Counted from the first letter of the stretch, positions 11,401-25,139 are shown. The stretch is DNA of 64,000 nt from Octopus vulgaris (GCA_951406725.2 OX597825.1:14756001-14820000); one strand, 5' to 3'. Numbers and translations are program-made. The notes: generated by a model from the sequence alone, not told the origin.

Positions 11401-11625
11401 TATGTGTCTTTGTGTGTCTGTGTTTGTCCCCCTAGCATTGCTTGACAACCGATGCTGGTGTGTTTTAGTCCCCGTAACTCAGCGGTTCGGCAAAAGAGAG
11501 CGATAGAATAAGTACTGGGCTTACAAAAGAATAAGTCCCGGAGTCGAGTTGCTCGATTAAAGGCGGTGCTCCAGCATGGCCTCAGTCAAATGACTGAAAC
11601 AAGTAAAAGAGTAAATCGAGAGTAA
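11173..11625 (+). mobile_element. SINE family A, full length
   Basis: Colinear with 627-1025. Confidence 0.92.
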
Positions 11626-11678
11626 CTGTGTGCAGAAACAAACTTTTCCGTTACGTTATGGTTTCTATCACTCTATTG

Positions 11679-11860
11679 TGGAAGCACTATTCATATCACC
11701 TCAAAAGAAAAACAAAAAGCTAATGCAACGGAGACATACACACGTCACAAGAAGGATGTGCGCATGTTTGATATAAGTTTAACGATCAAACTTGTATTCT
11801 GCTGTGTTGAAGACTACCGTTCACATTTTCTCAAAAATCTTCATAAATGATTGTCACCTA
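11679..11860. repeat. Second copy of the 7309-7500 segment
   Basis: Direct repeat about 4.37 kb downstream. Confidence 0.9.
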
Positions 11861-12582
11861 CTACACTATATTTGAAAGAAACGAGCATCGTTTGAAACTG
11901 GTTAAACCATTCGAAATCATATATGAAAGGAAACAAATTATACGTTGAGATAAAAAGAAATAAATATATTTAATGAAACAAAATGTAATATACAGATATA
12001 TTTAAAACGAAAATATTGATGCTACATATATATGAAATGACTGGCAATTATATAATTATATTTTATTGATTGTCTGTATATCTGAGATACAACTTACCTC
12101 TATTTTATAATTTGCTTTAGTATCATATGAAGAGTGCTGGTTATGCAGAATTTAACAAATTTGATATAAAATAAAATATCGCAATAATATTATTACAACG
12201 TTATTACCCGCTAATATAGGTATAATTAAGATTTAAGTAAGATTTTATGACTGCTACAGTCTAGCCGGTTATATAATTTAGATCTAATTGAAACTTTATA
12301 AAATACATGACAATGATGACATTGGGTGTAAATATTAATCAAATCTATTTGTAATTAATTCTATTAATATTATAGGTCAGAGACATATGAAAGTGTGAAG
12401 TATGATCTCATGACATATGTATTATTACCGAAATATGATTCGATAACTAGCCATCAAGAGCCGTAGCAAGGTTCATTTGGAATGGGAAGTAATGTGGTTC
12501 ATCTCAGCAGTGCCTTCAACGAATTGAGCCAATGGTTAAGGGCTTGCACAAATAAGTGCGTATGTGTATGTGTGTGTGGGTG

Positions 12583-12848
12583 CGAAGACACGTGGCTTAG
12601 TGGTTAGGTTGTTGTACTCACGATCTAGCGACCGTAAGTTCCATTCCCAGACTGGGCGGCGCGTTGTGTTCTTGAGCAAGACATTTCCTTTCACATTGCT
12701 CCAGTCCCCTTTCGATGAAGGAGGAGTGTAAGCCTGTTCACCTAGCCAGCAGGATGGCGTTATTTCAAGGCTAAAACATTGTAAAGTACATTGTGAACAG
12801 CGATGTGTAACAGCATCTGATAGTCTGGTTGGTCATGGGATCACCTGA
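12583..12848 (+). mobile_element. tRNA-derived CORE-type SINE, family C
   Basis: A-box TGGCTTAGTGG; B-box-like GTTCCATTCC; CORE-like TTGTGTTCTTGAGCAAGACA. Confidence 0.75.
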
Positions 12849-13216
12849 TATATATTTATATATATATAAATATGTATGTATGTGTGCGCGTGCACGTGTG
12901 TATTTAAATATACATACATACAAACACAAAAATCCGGTTAAAATTTTACGGTAGCTGTTTCTGTAGAATTTTATTGATGTGTTCATACATAAATTACAAT
13001 ATATAATCCACCATCTTCAGGTACAATATTAGCATGGATCAAATAGGGGGCAATATCGATCATCATGAATCCAATTACACTGTTTATCCAATTGGATCTC
13101 TCTTGTTATATCGCCTGATTTGTAAATTGAAAAGGCCACGTCCTGAGAGCCTGAAGATTTCTTGGAGACATAGAGTGCGTTATAAAACCTGTCAAGACTC
13201 CATCACCAGCTCGTAC

Positions 13217-13631
13217 ATTTCTTATTTCTTTATTGCCCACAAGGGGCTAAACATAGAGGGGGACAAACAAGGACAGAGAAACGGATTAAGTCGATTACAT
13301 CAACCCCAGTGCGTAACTGGTACTTAATTTATCGACCCCGAAAGGATGAAAGGCACCTCGGCGGAATTTGAACTGAGAACGTAAAGACAGACGAAATACC
13401 TATTTCTTTACTACCCACACGGGGCTAAACACAGAGGGGACAAGCAAGGATAGATAAACGGATTAAGTCGATTACATCGACTCTAATGCGTAACTTGTAC
13501 TTATTTAATCGACCCCTAAAGGATGCAAGGCAAAGTCGACCTCGGCGGAATTTGAACTCAGAACATAAAGACAGACGAAATGCCGGTAAGCATTTCGCCC
13601 AGCGTGCTAACGTTTCTGCCAGCTCGCCGCC
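13217..13631 (-). mobile_element. SINE family B dimer
   Basis: Junction AAAGAAATA|GGTATTTCGTC at 13401/13400; terminal AAGAAAT repeat. Confidence 0.9.
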
Positions 13632-15153
13632 TTGTACCTTTCGACTGTGTGCGTTGAAAGATAAAGGTATATATATATGTGTATATGCCACGTGGTACAT
13701 ATTCATTCAAAATGGGAATTATATCAGAAAAGACAGTTATAAAAGTTATAAATAGTAATATACTCCCCAATAAGGTGTAATTATGTTATACTTCAGTCTG
13801 ATATATATGGTTGTGGTTTATGTGCAATAAGTAGAATCTAGAAGAATTGGCATAGAATGAGTTACAAATACTAAAAATTGTTAGGTATATTATGTTAAAA
13901 GAGAAGGAAGAAATTACAACCGTGTTTCGTGGTCTGCTACCACAACAGCTCCTTTATAGGATCAAGTTAGCTCAAGACATCATCAGGAGGAACCACGTCC
14001 GGTTGCGGCCCATACTCCTCTACCGTTTTGACGTGACGTCCCCCCCCCCCCTTTCGGAGGTGTCTTCAATTCTGGTGTTGGGTGAATTCCTTCTTTCTTC
14101 TTCTGTTCCCTGGCCTCTTCGATGTATCGTCAGAGTGTCAGCCGGTGACTGACTGATTTGTCAAATTTTTCCCTTTAAATACCTGCCCTCAGCCTCCAGA
14201 AAGCAGCCCCAGCAAGTTGTCACGTGACACTGTCTCACCTTAACTGACTAGTGAAGGCGCGTAGTTTTCGCCCGCGCATTTTCTAAACGACCGCCACCTG
14301 TCAGTCAGCGAAGCTGATTCAGTGTCAAACTAAAGTAATTTTATAGACGCCCTATGACTCGTCAAAAGACATTTAACAATATTTACAGTGCAAGGTATAA
14401 TTTACATGGGTATAATTTAAACACAATTAATTGAATTGTGTTTAAAGTATATTTTATTCAATATTATTTCAAAAATGTATTAGCACCGGCATGATAAACT
14501 ATATATAACATAATTTAGGAATTTATCATTGTTTAAACGTTATCACAAGCATCTCAATTTAGGCGCTAATAATGAGTAACATACTAAATGAAAATTAACA
14601 ATAAATATGAATTTATTGATATTTTGTAATGTGGTGTTTGAATTTTTCTAAATTCTCGTTAATATCTAAAAAGAAAATATTTTATGGTAGAAATTATAAA
14701 TAACCTTTTGTTTATTAAAGCTAGTTTAATTAAAGTTGTTAATCTTTATTACTAACATATTTATTGCAAAAATTACTTTTTTATTACAAATAAATATTAT
14801 AAAATATTGTAATTATTGTTCTTTAGTTTCAGTACAATTAATACACTTAATAAACCGTATTATAATAATTTTAGATATTGGAATGTATTTCATATTAAAG
14901 ATTAATTCAGTTCGTGATATTACGATACAGTACTAATTATTTTAATTAAACTAAATCACAACTCCTAGTAAACACGTTATGTTTAGGGGTGCCAATAAAA
15001 ATTAAAATAAACACACGCACCGCTTCAATGTCGTTTCTTTATTTTACCAATTGAGCAATCATATGGTTAGTTTTCTGTTGGAATGGTTTCGTCGTTATTC
15101 GTGACCTCATCAATGACTTTCCCTCACTCTTCAAATACTACTTTGTGTCTGTC

Positions 15154-15397
15154 TCTTTTACTCTCTTATTCTTTTACTAGTTTCAGTCATTTCACTGCGG
15201 TCATGCTGGAGCACCGCCTTTAGTCGAGCAAATCGACCCCAAGACTTATTCTTTGTAAGCCTAGTATTTATTCTTTCGGTCTCTTTTGCCGAATCGCTAA
15301 GTGACGGGGATTTAGACACACCAGCATCGGTTGTCAAGCGATGTTGGGGGGACAAACACAGACACACAGACATATACATACGTATATATATACATAC

Positions 15398-15443
<46 letters not shown>

Positions 15444-15607
15444 GACGGGCTTCATTCAGTTTCCGTTTACCAAACCAAATCCACTCACAAGGCTTTGGTC
15501 GGCTCGAGGCTATAGTAGAAGACACTTGCCCAAGGTGCCACGTAGTGGACTGAACCCGGAACCATGTGGTTGATAAGGAAGCCACTTACCACAGAGCCAC
15601 TCCTGCG
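15154..15607 (-). mobile_element. SINE family A
   Basis: Reverse-complement match to 627-1025. Confidence 0.92.
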
Positions 15608-16086
15608 ACTGAGAAACATTCTTATAAAAGTAAGGCTTGTTGCCACATAATATTGTTTTATAATAGAGTAAAGATTTTGCTTACCTTCAAGAGACATTGT
15701 ATATCTAATTCTTCAAAATAGTTTATAATATTCTTCGTACATGCAAAGATTAAGAGAGTTTTTTTGCAGCAAAATTACCATCCGGAATTCAACCAGATTG
15801 TGACATAGTGATACTTTTTATGACTTGTGCGGACTTTTAATCTGATATGGTCAAGTGCATAGTTCGCCTTATTAGACAATTGGGCTTATTCTACAATTAA
15901 ACGAATTTAATTTTGCGGATAGTCGTGTAAATTTGTTTAAATGTACAACTGATCGCATTTGATCAGGAGATGGTCAATTTTGGTTAAATAGACTTCTGTA
16001 TTTAGCCAGGTGGGCAACATTCAGAATTTAGACAGTTACAGAGTTGATTCAAACAAGGAAAAGTGTACAAAGAGCAAATACAATAG

Positions 16087-16443
16087 GATTTCGACAAAAA
16101 TTTAGAAAAAATTTTCAAACGATTTTCACAAAAATTTTGAAAAAGATTTCAAATGATTTTCATAAAAAATTTTGAAAAAGTTTTCAATGGATTTTGAAAA
16201 AAATTTTGAAAAAGTTTTCAAAGTATTTTGAAATATATTTTGAAAAAGTTTTCAAAGAATTTTGACAACAATTTTGAAAAAGTTTTCAAACGATTTTGAC
16301 AAAAATTTTGAAAAAGTTTTCAAAGGATTTTAACAAAAATTTTGAAAAATTTTCAAAAGATTTTGAAGAAGTTTTCAAAGAGTTTTGAAAAAATTCCCAA
16401 AAAGTTTTCAATGGATTTTGAGAAAAATTTTGAAAAAATTTTA
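16087..16443. repeat. AT-rich minisatellite, ~33-34-bp unit, about 10 copies
   Basis: Consensus about GATTTTGACAAAAATTTTGAAAAAGTTTTCAAAN with internal dyad TTTGAAAA..TTTTCAAA. Confidence 0.88.
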
Positions 16444-17780
16444 AAGGAACGTGGGATGAAACGCTTTGCTTAAACGCACAACACATACGTCGGTCTAGAA
16501 ATCGAAGCTAAATCCTTACGATTATAAGTACAACCATTTTAACGACAAAGCCAGGCACCTATACACATACATACGCATATATGTGTGTGTATGAGAGAGG
16601 GGGCAGGGTTTGTACACAGAAGCAGATAGATAGATACATACATACATAACAGACAAACCAGTGTGTGTATGTGTTAGTGGATGAGTCTATGTGTATTTCT
16701 TATTGTGCTTACTTCAGCCATTACGATGAGATGAGATCTTGTGAAGTATCGAAATATATCGAAAACGTTGAGATATTATTTAGATCCCAGCCTACTTATT
16801 ATTCTGTATTGTCGTATGGTCACGACTGTTATAGCTTCCATTTAGAAGTTTGAAACTTTGAACGTTTGATGGAAAGAGTTTAATAAACAGTAAATCTATA
16901 AAATAATAACGAATTCTCGAAATAGTTTCTTTCATTCTATAAAGGCTTTAATCACGATTCCATAATTACTTAATGTGGATGTTTTAGCTGCTGAACTACT
17001 AAAGTTTACAATAAGAATATTTATGTAATCATATAATATCAACTCTGACTTTCATCTAAAATTTATATTATATATTATGCAGTAGAATATAAAATCTACT
17101 ACCGGATCTACTTAAATTGCCAGTTGAAGCACATTAACACACCAACAAAGGCATCGCCAAGATTTTTATGATATGACAACAAAAGTGTCTCTGACGACAA
17201 ATATGCGCAGAGATTAAACATATGCCACGTAAGCGATTGTTTATTAAGATATATGTCAAACACATTACCCGAGAAAAACTTCATCCTTCTGCAAGTATAT
17301 GTTTGTAAAAAAAAGTTTTTTACCACGTCTGCATAAAGTATAGAGACAATAGTATAACATAATAAAACATAAAACGGCATATAGCTATTTAAATAACAGT
17401 TTCTATAGATATTTCTATAGATATCTTATATGGTCGTTTGTAAAACAAACAACTTGTACCCTTTTTCATGAAAGGGTACTTGTTTTTCTTTATAAAAAAG
17501 TGGTTCGAGCAGCCACTCTGGAATCTATTATGGAATCCCCCCTCCATAAGCTTTAATGCACTAAAAGCATTTCCCTTGCGAATGCGCTGCTGGAATTGGG
17601 ATATATTTATTGTAACTGTGAGTCTTCTATATTACCAAATACTGTTGAAAATATTATATTACAAGCCATAAATGAAGAGAGGGTTATAAGATTAGATCTT
17701 ACCTAATCAAGAGAAAAATGGAAGAATATAAGACATGTAAACGATTTACGATGAAATGGAATGAGGTGAATATCAACTTG

Positions 17781-18201
17781 GGATTTTTACGGTTTGAACG
17801 GCAGTTTTTTTCTAACGGTGTCATATGAAATTGTCACCTATAATTATGACCCGAGTATCGATCTATTGCATTTCAATCTGTTTTAGGGATTAGGGGTAGG
17901 GGGAAGGGTATCTAGTTTTCTTCACAAATGTAAATAAACCCAATCTGTTTCTTAAACGAGGGACATATTCATACGGCACAGAATGTTGTTTTTTTTACCT
18001 CAATAGACGTATTTGATTGGTTGAAATTTCAGAAATTGAAGAAAAAAAAACAACGAATATCTTAAAAACTATAGAATTTCTCAATAAAGTCAAAAGAAAA
18101 AGATGTTTTATAAATACATTCTACCAAGTACACGAAGTTTAAAAGTGTTTAGTTACGTGGAAATTATTTTTAAAAAACTGCCGTTCAAACCGAAAAGATG
18201 C
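17781..18201. mobile_element. Non-autonomous DNA transposon (MITE) with ~29-bp TIRs and 8-bp TSD, possibly Merlin-like
   Basis: TIRs GGATTTTTACGGTTTGAACGGCAGTTTTT / AAAAACTGCCGTTCAAACCGAAAAGATGC; TSD TCAACTTG at 17773-17780 and 18202-18209. Confidence 0.9.
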
Positions 18202-18789
18202 TCAACTTGTTTTAGTATACAGTAAATATCAGAGCGTAGAAATAATCTTCCCTAATAAAGACACAAATTCCTAAATTTGGAGAAGTGGGCTGTTCGATTA
18301 CATTAGTCCCAGTCATCAAACATGTACTTATTTCATCGAACATGGAATGAAGAAAAGCAAAGCATTCCTAGGTGGAATTTCAACTTCGGTGCATTGATAA
18401 TAACCACAAAAATCATGTAACGTAAAAGAATTGACTTCAAATTTTTGGGACAAGGTTCACATCATGTTATTAGGCATGTTTTAATTTTTTGATATGTGTG
18501 TTTCCCAAAGTGGCACGCAATGGGACAGGACTCGGTATCATGTGGTTGGAAGCATATCTCTGAACCAGCAGCCGCCCCCGATACTTATATCTATACGTGT
18601 AACTAAAAGACTACCTTACTCGCGTTTGTTACTAGGCTAGAAACTAACATTACTCCCTAATAAACACCCACATACACACATATACATATACATACATACT
18701 CATATATATATAAATATATATGTGTGTGTATGTAAATATATATATTTAGGTGTGTGTGTGCGTGCTCATGTAAATATATATATTTTTTT

Positions 18790-18928
18790 CTCTCTTTTAC
18801 TCTTTTACTTGTTTCAGACATTTGACTGCGGCCATGCTGGAGCACCGCCTTTAGTCGAGCAAATCGAACCCGGGACTTATTCTCTGTAAGCCCAGTACTT
18901 GTTCTATCGATCTCTTTTGCCGAACCGC
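18790..18928 (-). mobile_element. 5'-truncated SINE family A (3' part)
   Basis: Tail motifs match family A. Confidence 0.88.
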
Positions 18929-19647
18929 TTTTTCGTTTTTTTCCTTTGAGCCACGGGAGGGTGGAGTTCCTCTGCCTTGTCCAGCATATCCTCCATTCCT
19001 CCCACAGCCCTCGTTCCTCCGGTAGGCAACCATTGTTGTCCACTGCCCACTTTTCGTTTTCTTCCTTTTTTCCAGGACGCTTCCACCTCCTCGACTTCCT
19101 CCTTCTCTCCCTCCAATGGGGGAGCAGAGAGTGGTACTTCTATTAACTGCTCCAGAACTCTATTGTGGTCCTTGTGGCAGTTCTTCTTGATATGACCGGG
19201 TTCCAGGCACAGGTGACACTTGGGGTTGTCCCTCAAGCATCACTGGATACTTAGACTCGGCCTTAAAATATCTGGAAAAGCCAAATTTTCGGCTGATTGG
19301 ATCCATCGAGTAGCTTGGTACTGCTGCCACCCAGTCCCCGGTGGATAGAATCCTCTATCCACTCGAGCTCAATTCTGGGTGGCAAACTGCAGACCCAAGC
19401 CCTTGTTAATTTCTCTCAAATTAAATAATTTTGGAGACGAAAGACACCTCCAAATAGCAGTTCTCACAATTATGTGAGAAAAACACACGTCTCTACAGCA
19501 GGCAGACCAAAAGCTCAGAATCCAGTGAGGACTCCTTGCTGGTACAAAAAATAAACCTTACGGACAACGAATCCCACTGGACTCAAAAAGCAAAAAGTCT
19601 TACCTTACAGTAGAGTGTCTTTCAATAAAATTTTCGTCCGTTGCACA
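18929..19647 (-). mobile_element. Decayed ORF1 (gag-like, CCHC zinc knuckle) of an L1/Tx1-type LINE
   Basis: KCHLCLEPGHIKKNC (CX2CX4HX4C) preceded by frameshifted TRAWVCSLPPRIELEWI and VMLEGQP, followed by a charged low-complexity tail. Confidence 0.7.
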
Positions 19648-21490
19648 CCAGCGTGGCGACTTCAATTGTACAGTGACGAACAAGCTTCTGACCACACCTG
19701 TATATACTCTATAGACTTAAACTATGAACTTCCATCTATGACCTCCTCAAATAAAAATAATATTGAAAATGGAAGAAAATATTTTACCCCGCTGTCGAGA
19801 AATGTTATCAAAGCCTGAACGATGTAGTTACGTATCGTATTTCTGAACTCCCTAAATCCATCCATTCTCAAATATTTAATGTGTGTTTTTCAAATATGAA
19901 TATATGCTACTGGACGACGCTAAAACTAATTGTGGAATTATAGTAACTCATGCACCTTATCAGGGAAAGCATGACTTATCGTACCATGCAGCTGTTGTTT
20001 CAACAACAAAATATTTTGAAGCTAAGGTTTACGATTTAATTTATATTATATATTTTATGCATGAATAAATAATATTGATATATACTTGTGCCGTTTGACT
20101 TCAATACCTCTTCTTCAAGATTAATAGCCATTAAGTGTAAATATGGATATTCGCTTACATATGTAGAGTGAATGGAGATAAAAACAGATCAAATACAAAT
20201 GGCTAATATCAAGTCACAATACTGTTTATAATATGCATCTTATGTACTCCTACGATCATAATGAATGTGATAAGTATGATAAACGGAAAACATTTTTTAA
20301 ATGATGAGAGCATAAATGTTACATTTTATTATAAAACCGACAAACTTCCAGTCTAAGCAATAAATATATTTTAAGCCATTGTGAATATAACATTGAAATA
20401 CACCGCAGTATTACGATGTTTAAAACAAACCTTTCTTCGTGCCAATAACGAACATTAGCAAAAGTAATTCAGACATACCCATGTGTGCTCATTGTTTAGT
20501 TGCCAGATCAAAGAAATACGCTTTCAGCGCTTTTTCGCTTCCTGGCAAGCAGCCATTATTCCTATTTTCGTTTCATCCAGATTCTCTCACGCATCTTTGC
20601 CCCCGGTTTCCTATTTTCTTTTCTGTTACAATTACCATTACGATACTTGTAAATCTCTCTCTCAATTTCTCTCTCTCTCTCATTCTGTCACTCTCTCTCT
20701 CTCTCTCTCGCTTTCTCTAAATTTTCATTCCATAATTTCTATTCCGTTCTTTTATTTCCTTTTATATCACTTCCCCCGCTTTTGAATCTCCAACTGCTCT
20801 TATTTTATACCTTCATTCTGTTTCTCATTTTTCACTGATGCATGTATTCTCTTGTCTTCAACAAACTTCTATTTCCTTTCCAAACTGATTTTTATTTATT
20901 CTTTTTATTCCTCAGTTCTTTCATTCTTCTACTTCAGTCTTCGTAAACAAGATACATACAAGGAATAACTTTTACCAAGTTCTCATTCATGTCCTTTTGT
21001 GACAATTCAGATTACATTCTAGTTTACAAAATTAAAATAGCATCGCAAAAACCGTACACTAATACCTTCAGGCAAAACTATTCTAATTTTGGGATTCCAA
21101 TTTCGTTACTAGTATTAATGACTAATGACTCAAGAAGTGTAAGGAACTTCGATTAATCTTTTTCAATGTCATCAAGTGATTTTTATACATTTTTAAAGAC
21201 GGTCCATGTTAACACAAAATAACATTAATAGGATTCGTTAAAAAGTCTTGACTTAAACAGCAAGAATTGGTCGAAGCAAAATGTGATATCAACACACATA
21301 CGAATACATATGCAAAGGAACATACAGACACACATATATGTGTGTGTGTGTACCAGCATCTTGATTTGCATATAAAGCAGACTATGCGCTTAGAGCCCGC
21401 GGTTTGTTGGGAGACACAAGGCGAGTTATAAAAACCTGCTTAGACCAGTGTCTTCAAACTATTAGTTACTCCTAACCTTAAACTTGTCTA

Positions 21491-21793
21491 TATATATTCT
21501 TTTATTTGTTTTAGTCATTTGACTGCAGCCATGCTGGTGCACGACCTTTAATCAAGCAAATCGAGCCCAGGACTTAATCTTTGTAAGCCTAGTTCTTCTA
21601 TCGAGCACTTTTCCTGAACTGCTAGTAGCGGGGACGTAAACACACCAATATCGGTTGTCAAGCGATGGTGGATGGACAAATACAGAAACAAATAACAAAC
21701 ACACGTATACATATATACATACATATATATTCATACATGTATATATATACTTGTACTTTAAATAATATATATGTATGTTATTGGTATATACAT

Positions 21794-21857
<64 letters not shown>

Positions 21858-21964
21858 TATAGTTGCAGGAGTGCAAGTGTTTTCTACCATAGCCTCGGGG
21901 CGACCAAAGCCTTAGGAGTAGATTTGGTAGATCGAAATTGAAAGAAGCCTGTCGTATATATGTA

Positions 21965-22006
<42 letters not shown>

Positions 22007-22250
22007 AATATATATGTATGTATATATGTATACGTGTGTTTGTTATTTGTGTCTGTATTTGTCCATCCACCATCGCTTGACAACCGATATTGGTGTGTTT
22101 ACGTCCCCGCTACTTAGCATTTCAGGAAAAGTGCTCGATAGAAGAAGAACTAGGCTTACAAAGATTAAGTCCTGGGCTCGATTTGCTTGATTAAAGGTCG
22201 TGCACCAGCATGGCTGCAGTCAAATGACTAAAACAAATAAAAGAATATAT
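21491..22250. repeat. Inverted duplication of a family A SINE 3' half (arms ~21491-21750 and ~21990-22250)
   Basis: Arms share private variants (GGTCGTGCACC, GTCCATCCACCATC) and irregular microsatellite phasing. Confidence 0.9.
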
Positions 22251-22262
22251 ATATACATACAA

Positions 22263-22341
<79 letters not shown>

Positions 22342-22728
22342 TATAGGTATATGTGTATATATATGTGTGTGCTTTTGTGTGCGTGTATATACGTATTTAC
22401 ATATATACATAATGCGAAAAGAAATTTAGGATCCAAGGAAAACAGTTTCTTAGTTTTCTGTTCAGAAAAAAATCAAGGCTAGCAAAATTCGGTTGTGATA
22501 GACGTAGACGTTTCGGTAATCGTTTTCTTCGGGTGATTTCAAACTTTAATATTTGTTTCGGAGAATGTTATATTGCAAAATATGGAGAGAACATTGGCCC
22601 TGCCATTTAGGCATGAGTGAATGTCTGTGTGTGTGTATGTGCGCGTGTGTGCGCCCGTGCGCAGTAGAGATAGAAGGAAAAACTGGTTGATAGATACACA
22701 CGCACATATACATACATACATACATACT

Positions 22729-22941
22729 TCTCTCACTCTTACTTTCTGTTTCTGTTGTACCTGCATTTTAAAGGGCCGGCCTTGTCACTCTCTGTGTCAC
22801 GCTGAATATCCCCGAGAACTGCGTTAAGGGTACACGTGTCTGTGGAGTGCTCAGCCACTTACACGTTAATTTCACGAGCAGGCTGTTCCGTTGATCGGAT
22901 CAACCGGAACCCTCGTCGTCGTAACCGACGGAGTGCTTCCA
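22729..22941 (+). mobile_element. SINE family D, 3' half
   Basis: Nearly identical to ~37775-37988. Confidence 0.85.
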
Positions 22942-24454
22942 CACACATACATACATACATACATACATACATACATACATACATACATACATACATACAT
23001 ACATACATACATACATACATACATACATAGGTGAGAAATCAATGTTAGAATTTTTACACCGGGAGATATGGCATACAAACATTCTCTGAATCTCTTTTTT
23101 AAGTTTCACCTCAACCCCACTGACTCGTAAAGCGTGGCTGGAGAAATGAACTAACCAACTGCCTTTCATATCATTTATTATAATATAGAGATTATCGTAC
23201 ATGTAATTAGATTCACGGATTCCTTTTAGAATGCTGTGTTATGGAATATAACAAATCGTAGTGCATATTTCCACATTTTCTACATCTTTTTCCTTTACTG
23301 TATTATTACGTGTGATAACATTTAGTTCTTTCATGTTTGAATCGAATACATTACCAACAAATTAATTCGTTTACATTTATAGCGCGGTGTAATATATTAC
23401 ATACATTTGCATATATTAAATATGGGTATACCGAATATGCCTCCCATGTTCGTTCAGGAAGTATAATTCTACATCTAAGTAATAAATATGTACGCAATTA
23501 GTAAATGCATCAAGTGCGTATTAATTGTCATTAATAAAGCTATGATACAATGAAAGACTGCGAATGAATAGTTCGAATAATACTCTCGGGTGTTCGAGTG
23601 CTATCTGTTGCACAAGAATATAAAGGACTAAATTTCATTTATCATGACATGGCTTATCTCTAAACCTAAATCACATCGCTTTCGTATTTTTCTCTGTGGA
23701 AATACTTTACAGTCGTACTAAATCATTTCACAAAGATTGCAGGAACGTCGAAATCGCATAATACTTCCAAATCTTCGTCAGAAGACTTGTTTGCTTTACG
23801 AAAAATATCACAAATATATTTATATAATACATGAGCCATTGCAAAAGCGGTTGTTTTTTTTTTTCTCCTTTTTTCTTTGAATATATGAATATGAAATAGC
23901 ATGAATAATATTCTGTTTGAATATAGTAGATTACATAACATAAAACAATAATTTTTAAGGGAATTCGTTTTATTAAAGAAGGAAGGTTATCTCGCAAAAC
24001 TTATTATTCTAAAGAAATATAATCGTTGAGAAAAAAGTAAGCAATTATCCTGCGGGATTTTGGCATTGATCGATGAGTGAATATAATTAAAATACATTGG
24101 AACAGGCTATAATATAATACCCGCGAAAAATATAAGGAGAAGGTTATGTACGCTGACAGATCCAGTAAACCGACTATTATTGATGAGAAAATTTCAATAT
24201 ATTCGCTTTAATCAACAACTGCCGATTCGTTGGTATGATGAATAATGAGAATATTGTTTCCAACTCACGTATGTAAAAGTATATCTTTATTCTCTTTTGA
24301 TTGAATTCACAAAATGGTGGCATATTTTCATCTGATTGATATTGCATGAAACTGTGTTGATTTATTGATGCATCATACTACTTCGCTCTCACTCTGTCTT
24401 TCACCACAACATATTTGTGTTTGTATGTATGCGTGGGTGTATGCATAAATATGT

Positions 24455-24722
<268 letters not shown>

Positions 24723-25023
24723 CACATCATATCGTGAAAACAAGCAGACACTCAAATAGATCGACATATACATTTATATGCATAATTATACATCTATATA
24801 CTTATATGCATGGTTTAGCGTTTCCTTTGTGGTTTCGCCAAAACATGTACTCATTCTATGAAAGATGAATATCATTTAATGTATACATTATTTAAATGCG
24901 AGCAACTATAAGTTTCATGTCTCTGACAATACAATTGTCGGACGAGCTATTATAGCATATCATGTATAAGATATGATGCTTTTTGAGCCTGAATCATTAC
25001 TCGATAATAAACTATTCGATAAT

Positions 25024-25129
25024 ACACTTGCTTCAGCAGTACATATACAACAAACTGGAACGATACAGAGAAGATTAGCATGGCCCCTGCGCAAGGATGA
25101 CACACGAATTCGTGATGCGTTCCATACTT
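25024..25129 (+). pseudogene. U6: U6 snRNA-derived copy (probable retropseudogene)
   Basis: GGAACGATACAGAGAAGATTAGCATGGCCCCTGCGCAAGGATGACAC matches metazoan U6; several substitutions elsewhere (e.g. GTGATGCG for GTGAAGCG); no clean oligo-T terminator. Confidence 0.9.
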
Positions 25130-25139
25130 ATTTATTTAT

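Noticed and set aside
14340-14960. Mitochondrial rRNA insertion (NUMT)
   Set aside because: Very AT-rich, but I could not match any diagnostic 12S/16S motif; BLAST against the mitogenome would decide
16087-16443. CRISPR-like palindromic repeats
   Set aside because: Units are contiguous with no spacers
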